DNA of 63,878 nucleotides, filler included, from an uncultured bacterium (GTDB lineage Bacteria > Hinthialibacterota > Hinthialibacteria > Hinthialibacterales > Hinthialibacteraceae), in the NCBI GenBank assembly GCA_964449065.1. It is 4 parts of 4 records of this genome, joined end to end, with 100 filler letters (N's around TTAATTAATTAA, not from the genome) between each part and the next. Parts side by side here need not be neighbours in the genome. Positions count along the whole stretch, not along the records: positions 50,998 to 63,878 come from CAYVAZ010000137.1; 3 more parts are not named here. One strand, 5' to 3'. Below the pieces are notes generated by a model. The model did no database searches and was not told the DNA's origin. It saw only the letters and a list, made by a program, of their open reading frames with translations. A program made the translations under genes and the position numbers. Shown here piece after piece: positions 61,043-63,878 of the stretch. Positions within the stretch are counted from its first letter, which is position 1. Each line of letters starts with the position of its first letter.

Positions 61043-63877
61043 TTACAACCCGGTATGGTTGAGATAAACGATTACTTCATCCGCGTCGCGGTCCAGTAAT
61101 ACAATATCCGGTTTTCCATCCCCATTCATATCCGCGGTACGTAAGTCAAAGTGTTGGTTCAGTGAAAACGAACGGGGAATCACCACCTGCACGGATGATT
61201 CAAATCGGCCGCCCTGATTGCACAAAATGCTAAGCACAGGCTGTTCAAGAGATACATCCAAGCCGGTCAATAAAATATCCGCATAGCCGTTGTGGTCAAA
61301 ATCGCCGGATGCAATCGCGGTAATCACAGCGCTCATATCAACGGTATATGTTTGGGATTGAATCGGATTCCCGCCCCAAATAATTTGCAGTTCTTTCCCA
61401 AAGGTATACGCCGCCGCATCATCAAACCCGTCCTGGTTTAAATCATCTATAATCAAATCAACCACAACATTACCGAATTGCTCAGCATCCAATGATTTGG
61501 AGAATACTGTTTGTTCATTGACAAGGGAAACGATTTGCAGTTCGTTCGGATTGGTGAAGGCAATCAGCAATTCATCCAAACCATCTCCATTGCTGTCTAT
61601 CGGGCGGATATGCAACGGCTGATGCCGCACAGGGATCTGCCGGTTTAAAAATAACCGCTGGTTGGCTGTATGAAACAGCTGAACCGCATCAGGACCGGCG
61701 AATGCGGCATACGATTCAAGCGGATTGATAAAGCGGCCGGCGGCGAGTAAAGATAATCGTTCCTCTGATATGCTTGCAATGGGAATATCCCGGTGATTCA
61801 ACTCCACTTCATCCTGCAGAATGTAACGGTTTCCGGTTGGCTGATACAAATGCACTGCGGGATCAATTCCACTCAATGCAAGAATCCCGTTTTGATTCTT
61901 ATTGGCATTCAATGACCCCATCCAGCCGTTCAACGCGCCTTCTCCGGTTTTCAATTCGTGCCGCTCATATTCCAATACCTGCCTGCTTACATACAATGAT
62001 ACGGTGTTCGTACCGTAATTGGCCGTCAGGATATCGGGAATATGGTCTTGATTGATATCGGCGGTAAATAGGTGAACCGGCTGCATCCCGGTAGACAGAA
62101 CCAATCCTTCAGAAAAGGCAATGTCTCTATTACAACTGGATAGTATGATTTCAGGCACTCCCGTTTGAACCGGTGACGAAGTGGCCGTGGGCATAACAGG
62201 AACCGCCGTTTCGGTCTTGATGGGAGTGGGTGTTCGTGTTGGCGTCAATGTGGGAGGAAAGATTACAATTGGTGTAGGAGAAATGTATCTTGCAATAATT
62301 TGTATATCCTGAAGAGGGACAGCCGCGTTATCCTCAGCAATAATTTCCAGTTTGCCGCTTTGATGAATAGCAGTGTGTCTAATATTGGAAGGCAAAGGTT
62401 CTCGGATATGAAACTGAATTTGATCTTGAGGGAAATCTGCCGGCTCAATCATTTCATACAGCGAATAATCACTTTCCCATCTCTCCTCCGGTTGCAACAC
62501 AACCGGTTTCGGCAGGTAAAACCGGCGGAAAATAAAATGGGAGATTTTAATCACGATTGTTTGCTGGGTATGAAATATCCCATCGGATACGTTGAGAACG
62601 GCTGAATACACTCCGGATTGATGGGGATTCAAAGCGCTTAATCGGTTTTCTTCATCCAAAATCAAGTCAATGGGGATATCGTCATCTTCAATCGACCACT
62701 TCAGAGATGTTTTCGGTGAGTCGGGATCATAAATATACTCATCCAAATCCAGCACATGCAATAGTGAACGATTTAGGATAAACCGCAGGTCGGGTATTGA
62801 ATCAATTACCGGTGGTTGTTGATTCCGCGTTGGAGTGTTTGTAAAAGTAAATGTCGCTGACGGTGTTATTGTTGATGTAAATGTATGTATCGGTGTGGAT
62901 GTTGGCAATGCTGTTGGCGTATCTGTTGGATCCAATGTTGGTGTACGCGAAAACGTGGGTGTCACAGTATGTGTTGCCGTTGAAGTGGGGGTGAACGTAA
63001 ATGTAAACGTCGGCGAGGGTGTAAAGGTGAATGTAGGTGTGTATGTAAAAGTTAACGTAGAAGTCAATGTTGGTGTCGGCGTCGAAGTATAGGTTTTTGT
63101 TGGAGTGTATGTACTGGTATTCGTGAATGTTGGTGTTGAAGTGTGTGTATGAGTAGGCGTTGGTGTTGGCGTTGATGTTGATGTCAGCGTAGTAGTAGAA
63201 GTTGGGGAGTGAATGGCAGTATGCGTTGGTGTAATGGGAGGTGATACGGTAAAGGGAATTTCCACTTCCTGCCTACTGCTGCCGTCTGACACGATGATGG
63301 GGATGCTAAATTCACCTTCCGTATCGGTCTTTGGGGTGATGGTAATGATGGCATTCGAACCGGTGCTGATAATTTTGTAGGTAACAATGGCAGCGCCGTT
63401 TGGGATGACGATGTCCAGCGGATCGTTGTCTTCATCATTCACAAAGACGGATATGGATTCAATCTCCCCCAGATCAAAACGAAGCGCGTTAGATGGAATT
63501 TGAATGTTCGGCATCCGGTTTCCCGGCCGGGGCGTATTGGTAAAGGTCACCGTTGGAGTGAACGTCTGTGTGAATGGAACCGTGGGTGAAGGAGAATAAA
63601 ACGTAGTGGCCGTATGAGTAGGTGTGACGGTAGGAGTGAACGTATAGGTGTGTGTAAAGGTGGAAGTCGGTTGCGGCTTTGTTGCTGTAGGCGTGTGGGT
63701 ATTGGTTGGTTCCGGCAGAACCGGTTGTGGTGTGTTGGATTTGATCGCGGTTGGTTGAGGTGGTGGTGTCGGTGTAAATGTAGGTGTCGGTGTAAATGTA
63801 TCGGTCGGTTGTTTTGTGTAGGTGTGAGTTGGTGTCAGTGTATTTGTAAAAGTGGGCGTTGGAGTGAACGTATACGT
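61043..63877 (-). CDS. Large surface protein with Thr/Pro-rich linkers, cadherin/Ig-like and FG-GAP repeats; 5'-partial
   Basis: The frame stays open from 63550 to the window end (TPTFT repeats). Repeats ADINQDHIPDI, DLNQDGFDD, GDFDHNGYAD and ADMNGDGKPD. Confidence 0.85.
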   Translation of the reverse strand, partial: TYTFTPTPTFTNTLTPTHTYTKQPTDTFTPTPTFTPTPPPQPTAIKSNTPQPVLPEPTNTHTPTATKPQPTSTFTHTYTFTPTVTPTHTATTFYSPSPTVPFTQTFTPTVTFTNTPRPGNRMPNIQIPSNALRFDLGEIESISVFVNDEDNDPLDIVIPNGAAIVTYKIISTGSNAIITITPKTDTEGEFSIPIIVSDGSSRQEVEIPFTVSPPITPTHTAIHSPTSTTTLTSTSTPTPTPTHTHTSTPTFTNTSTYTPTKTYTSTPTPTLTSTLTFTYTPTFTFTPSPTFTFTFTPTSTATHTVTPTFSRTPTLDPTDTPTALPTSTPIHTFTSTITPSATFTFTNTPTRNQQPPVIDSIPDLRFILNRSLLHVLDLDEYIYDPDSPKTSLKWSIEDDDIPIDLILDEENRLSALNPHQSGVYSAVLNVSDGIFHTQQTIVIKISHFIFRRFYLPKPVVLQPEERWESDYSLYEMIEPADFPQDQIQFHIREPLPSNIRHTAIHQSGKLEIIAEDNAAVPLQDIQIIARYISPTPIVIFPPTLTPTRTPTPIKTETAVPVMPTATSSPVQTGVPEIILSSCNRDIAFSEGLVLSTGMQPVHLFTADINQDHIPDILTANYGTNTVSLYVSRQVLEYERHELKTGEGALNGWMGSLNANKNQNGILALSGIDPAVHLYQPTGNRYILQDEVELNHRDIPIASISEERLSLLAAGRFINPLESYAAFAGPDAVQLFHTANQRLFLNRQIPVRHQPLHIRPIDSNGDGLDELLIAFTNPNELQIVSLVNEQTVFSKSLDAEQFGNVVVDLIIDDLNQDGFDDAAAYTFGKELQIIWGGNPIQSQTYTVDMSAVITAIASGDFDHNGYADILLTGLDVSLEQPVLSILCNQGGRFESSVQVVIPRSFSLNQHFDLRTADMNGDGKPDIVLLDRDADEVIVYLNHTGL

Positions 63878-63878
63878 A

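Noticed and set aside
62830..63878. Periodic GT-rich repeats as a possible CRISPR or satellite array
   Set aside because: No constant repeat with unique spacers; fully explained by Thr/Pro codons on the minus strand.

Overview
This window is not one locus. It is four assembly pieces joined by artificial 100-nt N/TTAATTAATTAA linkers (16934-17033, 33918-34017, 50898-50997), so adjacency across linkers means nothing. The organism is a diderm bacterium (waaA, lpxK, TonB system) with Planctomycete-like DUF1501/DUF1549/DUF1553/cytochrome genes and long Thr/Pro-rich surface proteins; a PVC-adjacent candidate lineage such as Hinthialibacterota/OLB16 is my inference only. Piece 1 (1-16933): two envelope genes, a DnaA-box array (oriC candidate), a DUF3142+TPR pair, a CocE/NonD hydrolase, a cluster of intact and decayed type II toxin-antitoxin genes, an AAA+/VWA pair, a GT4, a NYN protein, pheS and the 3' end of rplT. 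Piece 2 (17034-33917): a complete TtpBC-ExbBD-TonB-TtpD-like import locus with TonB-dependent receptor and secreted partner protein, carrying an 11-bp-periodic operator, then a divergent Tat-flavoprotein/ArsR/permease/multiheme cytochrome unit. Piece 3 (34018-50897): mnmA, a candidate structured small RNA, a eukaryote-type citrate synthase, a stand-alone nuoABCD and a DUF1501-DUF1549/1553-cytochrome/WD40/PPC operon. Piece 4 (50998-63878): GT4-waaA-lpxK followed by an ADP-dependent sugar kinase, galM, a TPR-cyclophilin fusion, a Tat oxidoreductase and a partial Thr/Pro-rich FG-GAP protein. Intergenic DNA is dense in REP-like hairpins, often nested within MITE-like inverted arms. No CRISPR array, rRNA, tRNA or transposase was recognised. 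All product calls are by eye from motifs; no database search was run.
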